NCBI GenBank assembly: GCA_018397055.1
Contig: JAGTQS010000001.1
Location: 1 to 54,371 of the forward strand
DNA: 54,371 nucleotides
Direction of reading: 5' to 3'
Source: Candidatus Bathyarchaeota archaeon
GTDB lineage: Archaea; Thermoproteota; Bathyarchaeia; Bathyarchaeales; DTEX01
Shown here: positions 53,990 through 54,371 of the stretch, in pieces
Layout of the letters: each line of letters starts with the position of its first letter
Position numbering within the stretch: the stretch's first letter is position 1
The notes under the pieces: model-generated
What the model saw: only the letters and a program-made list of their open reading frames with translations
The model's database searches: none
Told to the model about the DNA's origin: nothing
Translations under genes and position numbers: made by a program

Positions 53990-54220
53990 ACGATTCGTTA
54001 TTAGTCAGTAATATTCATTCATTTTTTATGTGCTCCAAAATTTCTTTTGGTTTATACATCTGCGGGTGGTAAAGTGGATGCGCCATGCACCAGTTAACTC
54101 CTTCAAACATCTTCTGTTTATTCCACGCAGGTGGCTTTGCATCTTCGCTGTTCGGCAGCCACAATAGATGAATGATAAAAGATTCATCTACATGTTTGAT
54201 TTTATGCTTAACAATTATTG

Positions 54221-54371
54221 ACTAAACTTTGGCAAATTTTAGGTTATCTCCATCTGGTATAGGGTTTTTAGGCCTTTGAGGTCTGAGAGGGTAAGTTTGA
54301 GGATTTCGTCGGGGTTTCTGACTTTTTGGGCGAACTTAGCAACCAGCTCAACGAAGGACTTGAGGACCTCC
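54221..54371. repeat. Right arm of the 151-bp inverted repeat (partner 34-184)
   Basis: See the left arm: 147/151 identical in reverse complement. Confidence 0.9.
54244..54371 (-). CDS. 3' fragment of a second, inverted copy of the gene seen at 1-166; body lies right of the window
   Basis: The minus-strand frame is open from the window edge to TAA (54246-54244): ...EVLKSFVELVAKFAQKVRNPDEILKLTLSDLKGLKTLYQMEIT*. Confidence 0.5.

Noticed and set aside
1-54371. Search for CRISPR arrays, rRNA operons, integrases, phage structural genes, toxin-antitoxin pairs and classical defence systems
   Set aside because: I saw no repeat-spacer periodicity, rRNA-like sequence, recombinase or capsid/terminase motifs. 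The only PIN-like genes are an orphan DUF5615-like ORF and a housekeeping-type COG1412 PIN. HerA/NurA is reported as a finding with the housekeeping interpretation kept open.

Overview
This is an archaeal chromosomal segment of about 54.4 kb. The archaeal assignment rests on ribosomal proteins S10, L37e, L44e and S27e, aIF2 alpha and gamma, EF-1 alpha, Nop10, LSm, proteasome beta plus a PAC2 chaperone, aCPSF1 and aCPSF2, glycerol-1-phosphate dehydrogenase, archaeosine TGT, SepF and archaemetzincin. Gene content and GGAGG-led or leaderless starts suggest an uncultured TACK or Bathyarchaeia-like lineage, but lineage cannot be proven from this window. Accessory modules sit between the housekeeping genes:
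- three Gfo/Idh/MocA oxidoreductases, two next to xylose-isomerase-like TIM barrels and one next to a nucleoside hydrolase, plus a GH4 glycosidase and an MFS transporter
- a TupABC tungstate transporter with a ModE-like regulator
- an AT-rich operon of a small protein, a PAS histidine kinase and a response regulator
- a nurA-herA-metallophosphoesterase operon
- an ABC exporter with an N-terminal PH-like domain, translationally coupled to a DUF1854-like gene
- a thrB-pdxA-PIN-radical SAM gene string

RNA genes are tRNA-Ser(UGA), tRNA-Cys(GCA) and one well-formed C/D box sRNA. Two real small genes, Nop10 and a CxxC-x17-CxxC zinc-ribbon protein, are missing from the ORF track.

The most notable observations are:
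1. A 151-bp inverted repeat (147/151 identical) formed by the 3' end of the same gene brackets the whole window.
2. tRNA-Cys lies 46 nt upstream of a SepCysS gene (tRNA-dependent cysteine synthesis).
3. The C/D sRNA.
4. Several conserved-looking gene modules have unknown or non-canonical composition.

I saw no CRISPR array, rRNA, integrase or prophage. All family calls come from motif recognition by eye, not database searches.
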